Shown: positions 24,924 to 37,307 of the stretch, piece after piece
Layout: each line of letters starts with the position of its first letter
Numbering within the stretch: position 1 is the first letter of the stretch
Source of the DNA: the human T2T-CHM13v2.0 reference genome, Homo sapiens
Reading direction: 5' to 3' (one strand)
NCBI RefSeq assembly: GCF_009914755.1
Contig: NC_060927.1
DNA length: 64,000 nucleotides
Notes under the pieces: generated by a model
The model's input: only the letters and a program-made list of their open reading frames with translations
The model's database searches: none
Told to the model about the DNA's origin: nothing
Program-made: the position numbers and the translations under genes

Positions 24924-26802
24924 AGTATCATATGTTCCAATTTCTTAAAAGTAAATAAAGGCCTTGTGCCACTGGTGGTGTTCTGAAAGGAAGAGTCCAT
25001 CAATTTTCCTTCTGTGCATTTCTCTCTGGGGAACAGGATACCAGCAAAAACTGAGCTGCTAGCTGAATACAGCATAGGTCATATCAGAGCCTGCCGTGAG
25101 CTCAGAAGTACCCTCATGGATCATATCAATGGTAGAACATAACCCTCTTCTCCTGTCATGTTTGAGCCTATTGTACACTCACCATCTACGAAGAAAATCA
25201 CTTGCCTTGAGACACAGCAGCTCCTTTTAAATCTAGTTCCGATTAATGCAGAAAATTGTTCCATTTGGATTATGTGAATCCATTTGGATTATGTGTAATT
25301 TTTTCACATAGCTCTCTAGAGTCTTTTCAAACAGTCTCTCACTGATAGAACTTACCAGAATAATTTTTCCTAGCATGGGCCTTGGTGAGACATTAATGAC
25401 ACTAATGACACCATGGACAGTTCACAGAAGTCTACTCCAAGCCTCACTGTGGACAGAAATATCTGCATTTGTAGGAAGATTATCTGGGTACACCTTTGTT
25501 TGACTCCAACCCCAGCAGGAGTTCCTCTCTCCTTTTTATTTATTTTTTTAAATCACATTTGTTGTATTTACAGAAGTAACACAGCAGAAGCATATCCAAG
25601 ATTACACACATCAAATAGATGGCTAGGCCCACCGTGCAATAGGTAAAATTTCTCATGACACTTTAAGGCCAATGCAAAATTTATACATATATATGTATAT
25701 ATCTGTGTGTGAGACAGCATGTGTGTAAAGAAGCATTTAAAACATATGCAAATCACGAAATCCATTTCAATCTGTTATCAGAAACGACATCCGTAACCTA
25801 GGTTTTGTGTGGCAGTGGCGGGGCGCTGGACTGCCATCTACCATGCCAGCTCCTCCTCCTCTGCCACTGTTCATGGCTCTCCAAACAACTGGGGGAATGG
25901 GGTCAGCCTCACCTAGGCCTTCGTGGGGTCCACACGCTACTCCCCTGGCTGCGATGGACCACCCTACTGGCTCCCATGGGGTCCTCAGTGAGCTAGAGGC
26001 TGGGCAGCAGCCTTTGCAGCTGTGTGCAGCTGCCCACTTTTTCAGCCTGCTTATAATTATAATAAAGAAATACATATATAAAAATAAGTATAATGTAAAT
26101 TTCGCATACCTTCGAGCCTGTTAATGAATGTGGAGAATTCAAGTTCACTGCCATGTGATATACTTTCAGCTTTGATGTGAACTCAAAGAGAATACTGCTT
26201 TCAATTGTAGGCCTATGATCTTTGCTTGATTATTTTACTTCATCTCCAACCAAATTCTTTTCACTAATTTTTGTGCAGCTTGCACCGAATAAGGCAATCT
26301 TCAGTCTCAGTACTGAGCTACTGCAGTGGTTCAAAAAGATCTGTGTCCTCGATGTGTACTGTTTTCCCTATCAGTTGTCACAGGCAGTGATGTGCATGAC
26401 AGGGTGAATTGTATAGGATTTTATATTCCATCAGTTTGGTGTATATATATATTTGGATATATATGTATATAAATGTCTGTTAGAATGAATGTGATAATGG
26501 ACAAAAATAAATGTCTATTAGAGTGTTTCCCTAAAATTAAAATATGGCTTATACTTTTCCACTTAAATAAAATGAAAGGTAAGTAAATAAAAAGCTGATA
26601 ATTTTTGAAGATGAATAAGACAAATAACACCACACACCCGTCCCCAGACTCAGAGAGAGAATTAAAAAAAAATATTGGGAATGAAAAAGAAGACAGAAGG
26701 TATGGAAATAATTGTGTGACTGCCATGTGCTATTGGGGGCACATATATAAAACCTAGAGGGCGTGGGTGAGATATAAATAGGGGGAAAAAATGACACTCC
26801 CT

Positions 26803-28949
26803 ATAGTATAGTTTGAAGTCAGGTAACTTGATACCTCTAGCTTTGTTCCTTTTGCCTAGGATTGCCTTGGCTATTCAGACTCTTTTTTGGTTTCAAATGA
26901 ATTTTAAAATTGTTTTTTCTACTTCTGCAGAGAATGTTATTGGTAGTTTGATAGGAATAGCATTCAATCTATACAATGCTTTAGGCAGTAGGGCCATTTT
27001 AATGATATTGATTCTTCCTATCCATGAGCATGGGCTGTTTTTCCATTTGTTTGTGTCATCTCTGATTTCTTTGAGCAGTGTTTTGTAATTCCCATTGTAG
27101 AGATCTTTCACCTCCCTTGTTAGCTGTGTTCCAAGGTATTTTATTCTTTTTGTGGCAATTGTGAATGGGATTGTATTCCTGATTTGGCTCTTAGCTTTGC
27201 TGTTGTTGGTGTATAGGAATGCTAGTGATTTTTGTACATTGATTCTGTATCCTATAACTTTGCTGAAGTTGTTTATCAACTGAAGGAGCTTTGGGCCAAG
27301 ATTATGGGGTTTTCTAGATATAGAATTATGTCATCTGCAAACAGGAATAATTTGACTTCCTCTCTTCCTATTTGTATGCCCTTTATTTCTTTCTCTTGCC
27401 TGATTGCTCTGGCCAGGACTTCCAATACTCTGCTGAATAGGTAGTGAGAGAGGGCATCCTTTTCTTCTGCCAGTTTTCAAGGGGAATGCTTCCAGCTTTT
27501 GCCCTTTCAGTATGGTGTTGAGTGTGGGTTTGTCACAGATGGCTCAAACGGCATGGTACTGGTACAAAAACAGACACACAGACCAATGAAACAGAATAGA
27601 GAGCCCAGAAATAAGGTTTCACACTTGTGACCAACTGATCTTCAACAAAGCTGACAGAAACAAGCAATGGGGAAATGACTCCCTATTTAATAAAATGGTG
27701 CTGAAATAACTGGCTAACCATATCCAGAAGATTGAAACTGAACCCCTTTCTTACACCATATATAAACATCAGGTCAAGATTGATTAAAGACTTAAATGTT
27801 AAACCCAAAACTATAAAAACCCTTGAAGACAACCTAGTCAATACCATTCTGGACATAGGAACAGGCAAAAATTTCACGATGAAGATGCCAACAGCAAACG
27901 TGACAAAAGTAAAAATTGACAAATGGCATCTAATTAAACTTAAGAGTTTCTGCACAGCAAAAGAAACTATCAACAGAGTAAACAGACAATCTACAGAATG
28001 AGAGAAAATATTTGCAAACTATGCATCTGACAAAGGTCTAATATCCAGCATCTATAAGAAACTTAAATTTACAAGAGGAAAACAAATAACCCCATTAAAA
28101 AGTGGGCAAAGGATATGAACAGATACCACTTTTCAAAAGAAGACATACATGTGGCCAAAAAGCATATAAAAAAAGCTTAATATCACTGATCATTAGAGAA
28201 ATGCAAATCAAAACCACAATGAAATATCATCTCATGCCAGTAAGAATGGCTATTATTAAGAAGTCAAAAAAAAATAAATAACAGATGCTGGTGAGGTTGC
28301 AGAAAAAAGGGAATGCTTCTACATTGTTGGGAGTATACATTAGTTCAACCATTGTGGAAATCAGTGTGGAGATTCCTTAACGAGCTAAAAACAGAACTAT
28401 TATTTGACCCAGCAATCCCATAACTGGGTATACACCCAGAGGAATATAAACCATTCTACCATAAAGACATATGCATGTGAATGTTCATTGCAGCACTATT
28501 CACAATAGCAAAGTCATGGAATCAACCTAAATGTCCACCAGTGACAGAATGGATACAGAAAATGTGGTACATATATACCATGGAATACTATGCAGCCATA
28601 AAAAAGAATGAGATCATGTCTTTTGTGGGAACATGGATAGAGCTGGAGGCCATTATCCTCAGCTAATTAATGCAGAAACAGAAAACCAAATGCTGTGTGT
28701 ACTCACTTATAAGTGAGAGCTAAATGATGAGAACTCATGGACACAAAGAAGGAAATAACAGACACTGGAGCCTACTTAAGGGTGGAGGGTGGAAGTAGAG
28801 AGAGAAGCAGAAAAATAACAATTGAGTACTAGGCTTAGTACCTGACTGATGAAATAATCTGTACAACAGACCCTTGTGACATGAGTTTAGCTATGTAACA
28901 AACCTGCACATGTACCCTTGAACCTAAAATAAAAGTTAAAAAAAAAAAA
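26803..28949 (+). mobile_element. 5'-inverted (twin-primed) L1PA element: 26803-27545 inverted, 27546-28949 sense with poly(A)
   Basis: ORF2 RT peptides on - (26893..27279) then on + (27732..28001, 28481..28666). AATAAA plus A-tail at about 28928-28949. Confidence 0.92.
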
Positions 28950-29844
28950 CAAGTAATTACTGGAAAAAAAATCACCATAGCTGAAAAAAAAAAACGACCT
29001 TCCCTTAATTTATAAAGCTGAGAAAAATTGGAAAATTAATTAGTAATAATCACTGGAGAAGGCATCAGCAACAGATGGATTCATAGTAATATGAGTTTTA
29101 TCACAATAGCATGAGTTATTTAAAACTGATTAATTCTACTGTAATTGAAATTATTCCAAGTGACAGAAAAACAATAAAAACATTCCAATTCTTTTTAGGA
29201 AGCAATCCAGCAATGTATCAAAAGAAAATACAATTTGAGCAGGCAGGCATGCCATAGTGACTCAGTACCAGAATATATATCAATATAGTTTATTACATCA
29301 AAAAATTTATAGATTTAGCAGAGCACAAACAAAAAAAAAAAAGAAAAGGAATTAATGGAGAAGAACCATATGAATGAACCAATTAAGGAAAAGGCATGAT
29401 AAAATTAATAGCTGGTCCTAATGTATGTAAATCTGAGGAAACATGAATAGATTAAAATTCCTTAACATGATGAAGGTGAAATGACCAAGCACAATGGAAA
29501 GGGTTATCATAAATAATGAATCACAAAACAATTTCCTGTTGAAATTGTAAATAGGAAGTGATGACTATTATCACTCATATCTCTTGAATTCATACTATTT
29601 CCAATTCAAATGAGTTTATCAACCATTTTATCTTATATCTATATCTTCTTTTCTTCACACTAAGATTCCTGCTTCTCATATACACTGGAGACAACAGAAT
29701 TGTATTGTTTTTTCACCTGCTTTATCACACATTACACAGAAGACATTTTTAGAATTACATACCAATACATCCAGCAGTGTGATTATTGAAAATAGTTTAA
29801 AATGTTTTGCATGCGTTCTCTCCATTTGCTCCCCATTTTGTAAA

Positions 29845-30640
29845 AATAAACTTTTTATTTTGAAATAATATTTAGATTTTCAGAAAAATTGCACAGATGG
29901 TATAGAGAATTTCTGTATTACTTTCACCCATTTCCCCTATTGTTAACATATTGCATAACCATAATACATTTGCCAAAAATAAGAAACCAACATTAGTATA
30001 TTACTGTTAACTAAACTCCAGACTTTTTCAAAAATTTCAATATTTTTTCCAGTCATGGCCTTGTTCAATTCTAGAATTTAATCTAGGATGACCCATTGTT
30101 TCTATTTGTCACATCTGTTTAGACTTCTCTGGTCTATGACAATTTCTCAGTGTTTGCTTATTTTTCATGACTTCATAGTTTTGAGGAGTACTCATCAGGT
30201 ATTTTGTGAAATGTCCCTCAATTTGTATTTGTCTTATGTTTTCTCATAATCAGTCTGGATCATGGGTTTGAACGGAACACCCCACAGGAGCAATGACCTT
30301 TTCATATCACATCAGGGAAAACAATGCTATCACCATGACTCATAGCTGATGATATTAACCTTATTCATTTGGCCAAGGCAGTTTTTCCCAGGAGTCTCTA
30401 CTATAAAATTACTTTTTCCTCCATCTTTCCGTATTCCTTAGAAGCAACTCATTAAGTTCAGCCCACACTCAAGGAGCAGGGAAAATTGAACTTTATCTCC
30501 TATAGGGTAAGAGCTACATAAATTATTAGGAATTCTTCCGTAAGGAAGACTTGTCTCTTCTCTTTCATTTGTTTATTTATTCAATTATTTATTTATATCA
30601 ATGTGTCGAGATGTATTTATATATAAAATTTCCTTTTGGT
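29845..30640 (-). mobile_element. L1MC-type 3' region
   Basis: aaactttttattttgaaataat...gaaaaattgcacagatggtatagagaatttc. Confidence 0.65.
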
Positions 30641-30699
30641 CTAAAAATTGCTATATAATATCTGAAGACAATCAGATTTTTCTTTCTTCTATTATATAA

Positions 30700-31026
<327 letters not shown>

Positions 31027-32859
31027 TGTGCAAGGGATTTTTTAAGTCTAATAATCTTACTATTAATAGAATATGTCAGTATTGGCTACTATGCTTTAAA
31101 TTTTTTCCCAGTTATGTTGTTTACCTCATTAATACGCAGTTTCAAATCTTAATTTTTTTAAGATTTCAGGAATATCTTGAAATATAGTTTTTAATAATTG
31201 TTCCATTCCCTTGCTTTGGTTTTTCTTTCATGTAAAATATCATTCTATCTATGTTGGATGTTCTTTCCCTGTCTTCATCATTTGCTGTTTTTTTAAAAGT
31301 CATTCTAATTTTGATCCTAATTTCTTTTTGCATTCACTTACATGTTTATATACTATAAAGTTCACCATATTTGGTATACAATCCTGTGTGTCTTGAAGAA
31401 TGTATACCATCATGTAAATTTCACCATAACTGAGGCACAGAAAAGCTTCATAGCTTGAAAACGTTTTCTCCTATTTCTCCCTTGTAGTCAAACCCTTTTT
31501 TTGCCCTCAGCCCCACAGAAACTACTGATCCATTTTTTTCTGTAAATTTACCTTTTTCCGGATTTCATAAAAATGAATCATAGAGCATGTAGCCGTTAAC
31601 TTCCTTTTATTTGAAACTTCTATCTCATTTTCACGCTGTATTTCCCCTATGACATTTTCTGTATTCCTTGTAGCTTTATATAATTTTTATTCTCCTTTGT
31701 GCCCATTTTGGTCTAGTCTTTATTTTTGAAATGGTGTTGTTTGTTTGTTCTTTCATTTGTTCAGGGGGTTATTTATTGTGTTATTGACTAATTTCTGAGT
31801 TTTCATAATTCTGGTTTATGATGTTCTTTCACATGGCAGGTTATTGTGTTAATGACTTTGGCTAATTTTAAAACATTAGGATATAGTTTTCCTCTGCTTT
31901 GTGGGCTTTAATTGTCTATAAAGAGGTTATTTTGCTTATTATTTTGCTATTATAATAACTCTGAATGATATTTAACCTCAGTTATTTCTGAGGCTCATTT
32001 TCACAGGAAATTCATTAGCTTAGAAGTTAGTTCCTTAGAAAGGAACCATGATTTTGTATATTTTCTATTAATAACTTCCTCTTCTGTTGTTCTTATGAAA
32101 TATTCCATTTTATTCCCACAATTTAATCCACTTCTTTCCCCATTTCCTGCTTAATTTAGATTCTTAGTTTCTTCTCAGTGTGGGGTTCTTCCCTGGAAGA
32201 ACCTTTGGTTGATTAGTGTTGAGGGACAGTAGGGCCCAGCCTGTTCCAACCCCTTCAGGTCACACTGCAGATAGCTTACACAGCATAAGACTATGCAAAC
32301 CCCAGCCAGTTTCAACTGTTTTCTCAGATTTGTAACCACAATTTCAGGTGAATATTTGTTGGTTAATTCTTATTCTGTCAAATACTTCATCGCTTTCCTC
32401 TGCTTCCACCTGCACATAGGGAAGATTATACCACACAGGCCTTGTAGTTGTTGGTAAATTATTTCCAACATAGATACTTGGAAGTTGGTTTGTTGTTATA
32501 TTTTTGCCTCATATTTTTCTTCATATTATGTTGTCCATAGGTTTTTGGTTTTGTTTTATTTCTCTGTGAGTTCTTCTAAGGAGATTTGGGGATTTTCAAA
32601 AGCTGAGAACCTGTGTAGAAGATTTTAACTCATTTTTTCAGTAACCGATAGAAAAACACAAAAATTAAGTAAAAAAAAAAAAGTTTCAATAACACAGTTA
32701 ATACTACTGACTTAATTTACACAAATTGAACCCATACCAAATAATGTCATAATACACATTCTTTTAAAGTAAAGTACACATTAAACTTTTTTTTTTTTTA
32801 ATTCTTGGCCATAAAGCAATTATCCTCAAATTTAAAAAGATAGAAATGCAGAGGTTAAT

Positions 32860-33030
32860 AACAACTTCAGACTTAGGTTGGGAGTTACAGCATTGGTTCT
32901 CAGGCCTCAGACTCAGGCTGAATTACATTATCGGCTTTCCTGGTTCTCCAGCTTGAAGATGACAGATAGTGGAACTACTACACCTCTCCAATCACAAGAG
33001 CCAATTTCCACAATATGTTTCCTGTTTTAT
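32860..33030 (+). mobile_element. MLT2 (ERVL) LTR fragment
   Basis: caggcctcagactcaggctgaattac...ctttcctggttctccagcttg...gagccaattt. Confidence 0.7.
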
Positions 33031-33055
33031 ACATACATATATCTGCATCTACATT

Positions 33056-33165
33056 CAGTCGTACACCCATAGCAATGTTTTGGTCAGTGAAAGACTGCAC
33101 ATATTGATGGTGGTCTCAAAGGATTGTAATATTGTATTTTTATTATACAGTTTCTAGGTTTAGAT
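33056..33165. mobile_element. Tigger3/MER7-like DNA transposon fragment
   Basis: cagtcgtacacccatagcaatgttttggtcagtg...gatggtggtc. Confidence 0.65.
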
Positions 33166-33167
33166 GT

Positions 33168-33395
33168 TGATATGGTTTGGCTCTGTGTCCCCACTGAAAT
33201 CTCATATTAAAGGAGGGTCCTGGTGGGAAGTGATTGTATCATGAGGCAGACTTACCCCATGCTGTTCTTGTGATAGAGTTCTCATGAGATCTTGTTGTCT
33301 GAAAGTGTGTAGCACCTCTCCCTTCACTTGCTCTCTCTCCTGCTCCACCATGTGAAGTTGTGCCGGTTTCCCCTTCCACCATGATTGTAAGTTTT
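33168..33395 (+). mobile_element. MSTA/THE1 LTR, 3' truncated
   Basis: tgatatggtttggctctgtgtcccc...ccatgattgtaagttt. Confidence 0.8.
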
Positions 33396-33410
33396 AAAAT
33401 ATTCTGTTTG

Positions 33411-33722
<312 letters not shown>

Positions 33723-34128
33723 GAAAAAATTCTGTTTGTTCTTCCTTACTCGAAGGTTTGTTATTTGAGACATACACTGCGTTTCTTGCACTGTCACATG
33801 GCCTTTTTAAAAATAAGGTATTCAGCTCTTAGTAATTGTGCATTAAATGTTTGTTTACTAACTGCCTAGCAACGTAATAAGGCTGTTGGATTTGACAGAA
33901 CTTGCAGAAAATAAGTGCTGATTGTTTCTCAGAGCTCGCCTTTGTATTTCTGCTAAGTATATTTATTTAGGGTCTGCCCATGAAATGAAAACTGAACAGT
34001 GGAATTTGTACTCAGGAAGTTATGTAACACTTTATGGCAGGGCTTAAAACAATGAAAATTCAGCCACTGCATGTTTCAAACAAGTATTTGCTGTGTTGCC
34101 AAAGTAGAAAGAGCAGAAGGGAAACATC

Positions 34129-34266
34129 ATGGGAAGAAAGACTATTTTGTTTCTGATTGCAGGGGTCCTTGGGGCATATTATGTTTATACTCCTCTCTCG
34201 GATAATATTGAGGAACTCTGGTGACTGGTGTGGATAGCTACACCTGTGAAAATGGTAACAAATTTG
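34129..34266 (+). pseudogene. AADACP1: AADACP1 exon 1 (signal anchor), TGA at codon 32
   Basis: [45 protein letters not shown]|gtaagt. Confidence 0.93.
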
Positions 34267-35073
34267 GTAAGTTCAGAATTTCATTGTCTCTGTGAATATT
34301 TAAGTTTAATCAGGAGAAAATAATTACCAGCTATATTATTTTTAAAACTTTCTGCTGTCTTGGAAATTTTGCTCTTAAAGTTTGCTTGACGATTTTCAAA
34401 CCTTAAAAAAAAAAACAAACTTCATTCTTTAACACAAATCCCTAACAGAATAAGTATGAAGGAAGTATTCAAGTAATTTTAATTTTAAATATTAGAAAAC
34501 AAAATATGCTGGCTGAGAAAAACAATCTTACTGTGATTTTCATGGCATGAATACTGACAGAATGAAGCATTTATGAAGTATAAACTTCAGAAAAGGTAGA
34601 ATTGAGCAGCACTGTGATTAGTTATAGAAAATTCTACACAACAATCTTGGATTCAGGCATGAAAATGCATTCTCACTGAAATATTCTGTCAAAAGGTCAA
34701 CTGGTAAAAGGTCAAGGGAAATTGAACACACGGCATGATTCTCAGTTGAAGGAGAGTGAGCCGCTGAGGCGACAGGGCAGCTCCCTGGCTGGCTGCCCCC
34801 AGTGTCCACACTGGCCCTCGGAGACCTGTGGTTTTTTTCTAGTGAGGCTAACTACTTGGATATGAAGCCATTCATGATTTCCTGGAAACTTCTCTGTAGC
34901 AAACTGCCTTCTTGTAGCAAAAGAAAAAGATAATTCAAGGACACTTAGCCTGGATATTTAACACTTGGCTCACACTCTGTTTCCTTGCATATATATTTTT
35001 TAGGTGTTTCAACATTCTCTACTGGCATTTAATGCAGCTCTGAATAAGTGTGATACATGCCTTATTCTCAAGG

Positions 35074-35395
<322 letters not shown>

Positions 35396-35399
35396 CTCT

Positions 35400-35717
35400 T
35401 TGTGGTTTTTGTTTGTTTGTTTGTTTTAAAGACAGGTTCTTGATCTCTCTGTTGCCCAGGATGGAGTGCAGTGGTGATCATAGCTTCTTGTAGCCTGGAA
35501 CTCCTGGGCTCAAGTGATCCTCCCACTACTTGGCCTCCTGAGCAGTTAGGGCTATAGGCACATGCCACCATGCTTAGTTATTTTTTTAAACATTTTTTGT
35601 AGAGATGGGGTCTTGTTCTGTTTCCCAGGCTGGTTTTAAACTCCTGGCCTCAAGCAATCCCCCAAACCTTTGCCTCCAACACGCTGGGACTAGAGGCATC
35701 AGCCACTACATTCAGCC
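35400..35717 (-). mobile_element. AluJ, in tandem with the preceding Alu
   Basis: gcctggaactcctgggctcaagtgatcctccc...ctcctggcctcaagcaatcc. Confidence 0.9.
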
Positions 35718-35772
35718 CCACATTTTCATTTTCTATTAGTTACTTAATTTTCTAGTCATTTTATTAGCATAT

Positions 35773-35900
35773 AGAGTTGGTCCTCTGTATATACGGGTTT
35801 TGCATACCACATATATTATATTTTTCATCCTCAAGTTTAATTTTTAAAAATCTGTGTGTAAGTAGACTCACTCAGTTCAAACTTGCTAAATGGTCCAGTG
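35773..35900. mobile_element. MER8/Tigger2-family MITE
   Basis: gttggtcctctgtatatacgggtttt...aaaatctgtgtgtaagtagactc...cagttcaaac. Confidence 0.6.
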
Positions 35901-37084
35901 TATGTTGTTACTGGACTTGGGTCAGTTTCACTGGAATATAGCTTCAAGTCTTATTTTTAAAAAGTTATTCTGGAATTATTTATAAAAATATTTATTTTGG
36001 GTCATTGTTTTGCTTTATTATTTGTATTTATTATGTGTATATATATATTTATATACTAAAATAATGTCATTTCTCTTGAAAGTGCTTAGTCTCTTTTTAC
36101 ATTTCACTTCCTTGTGTTTGCTTTTTCGTTTCTATCTTATATAATACCTTGAGTTTCTTTACCTTGGTTTTATTTCTGAAGTTATTTGTCTTTTTTGCCT
36201 TATTCCTTTTCTGAGTTCTACCAAGGAGTTCTGGGAACTGCTATTTCCTGACTTCCTCTTCAGGAATAGGGTGGGGACAATTTAGTATTGAAAATAGACA
36301 ATTTTGTTATTTCTTTTGTACTTATTTAATTTGCATTAATAGGAAAGAGGTTCAGCTAGTTGTTTGATCACCCAGCCCTTTAATCCACATGTTTCCAACT
36401 TAAGATAGGAAAGCAAGTTTTTCTCATCCTTGGAATCCCAACATTATAGGTCCATTAGGATTTGGCTCATATTCACCTCCGGAGGTCCCTTTTCTTTCAT
36501 GGATCCTTGTACAGACATCTTTATTGCTTTACCAAACTACATGCATTTCTCTGATTACAATAGAAGTGTCCTTGTGGCGATTGCTTTGGCCTAGCATGAG
36601 ATTTTCCCCTTTGGCCAAACTCTACTCCCCTTTCAGTACTCATATCAGAGCTCACCCACTCCTTTTCACTTCTCATCCAGGCAGCTAGTTGGCCCACTGA
36701 CCACTGCCAAAGTTCTTTGTACATATCTATGAGATATGCAGTGATGTTGTTTTGTAATTGCTAAATACATCTATTTTTCCTTCTTGAATCTGAGCTTCTT
36801 TAGAAAAGAGAACTTGTCTTACTTATCTTTGTAATTCAAACTGTCTAGCATGGAATCTATCAAGTTGTAATTCCTCAGTAATTCTTTACTTTTTTTTTTA
36901 ACCTAAGGCAACTATGTGGCAACACCACTAAACCTCCAGTATTTCCAGTTGTGCCATTCAGATTCACCTGTGAGACTACCAGACAGGACCATTGGGAATA
37001 CCTATGCATAGTTCTGTGTTCATAAGCAACGCTGGCATTTGATATTTGTAAACTAGTACTTTTTTTTCCTATATCTCCTTTTAG

Positions 37085-37307
37085 GCTTTGTTAGTTGAAC
37101 TCTTGGGAATCAATCATTTCATGAATACTGCAACGTTCTTTGTGAGCTTTCAAGAAGTCCCACCTACATCTGATGAAAATGTCACCATGATAGAGACAAC
37201 TTTCAGTAACATTCCTGCCCGTGTATACATGCCAACACTAAAGTCAGAGATACTAAGAACGGGCTTAGTTTATATTCATGGTGGTGGTTGGTGTATGGGG
37301 GATGCTG
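37085..37307 (+). pseudogene. AADACP1: AADACP1 exon 2 (open frame)
   Basis: ttttag|[13 protein letters not shown]...[11 protein letters not shown]...[12 protein letters not shown]|gtatgt. Confidence 0.94.

Larger units (their letters stand above)
22150..26040 (-). pseudogene. Processed pseudogene of GALNT1 (polypeptide GalNAc-transferase 1): 5'UTR, CDS-equivalent 25656..23349 and about 1.2 kb 3'UTR
   Basis: The - strand reads MRNFTYCTVGLAIYLMCVILDMLLLCYFCKYNKCD..KKERGTPAG; TKVYPDNLPT..HSEAWSRLL*TVH; AGSDMTY; WYPVPQREM; GTYDAGMDI (across the MLT1); NLEISFR; WYLENI; NQCLDN; TDD..VSKLNG; QCLDKAT; PEIF. These are colinear with recalled GALNT1, with no introns. AATAAA on - at about 22172-22177. 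Confidence 0.88.

Noticed and set aside
25767-26124. GC-rich ORFs (102-105 aa) as a small gene or CpG-island promoter
   Set aside because: Better explained as the decayed 5'UTR of the GALNT1 retrocopy; stop-poor because of GC content.
26100-26420. Possible - strand exon (AAG|GTATGC donor near 26109) of an antisense lncRNA such as AADACL2-AS1
   Set aside because: lncRNA exons cannot be established from sequence alone, and I recognised no protein homology.
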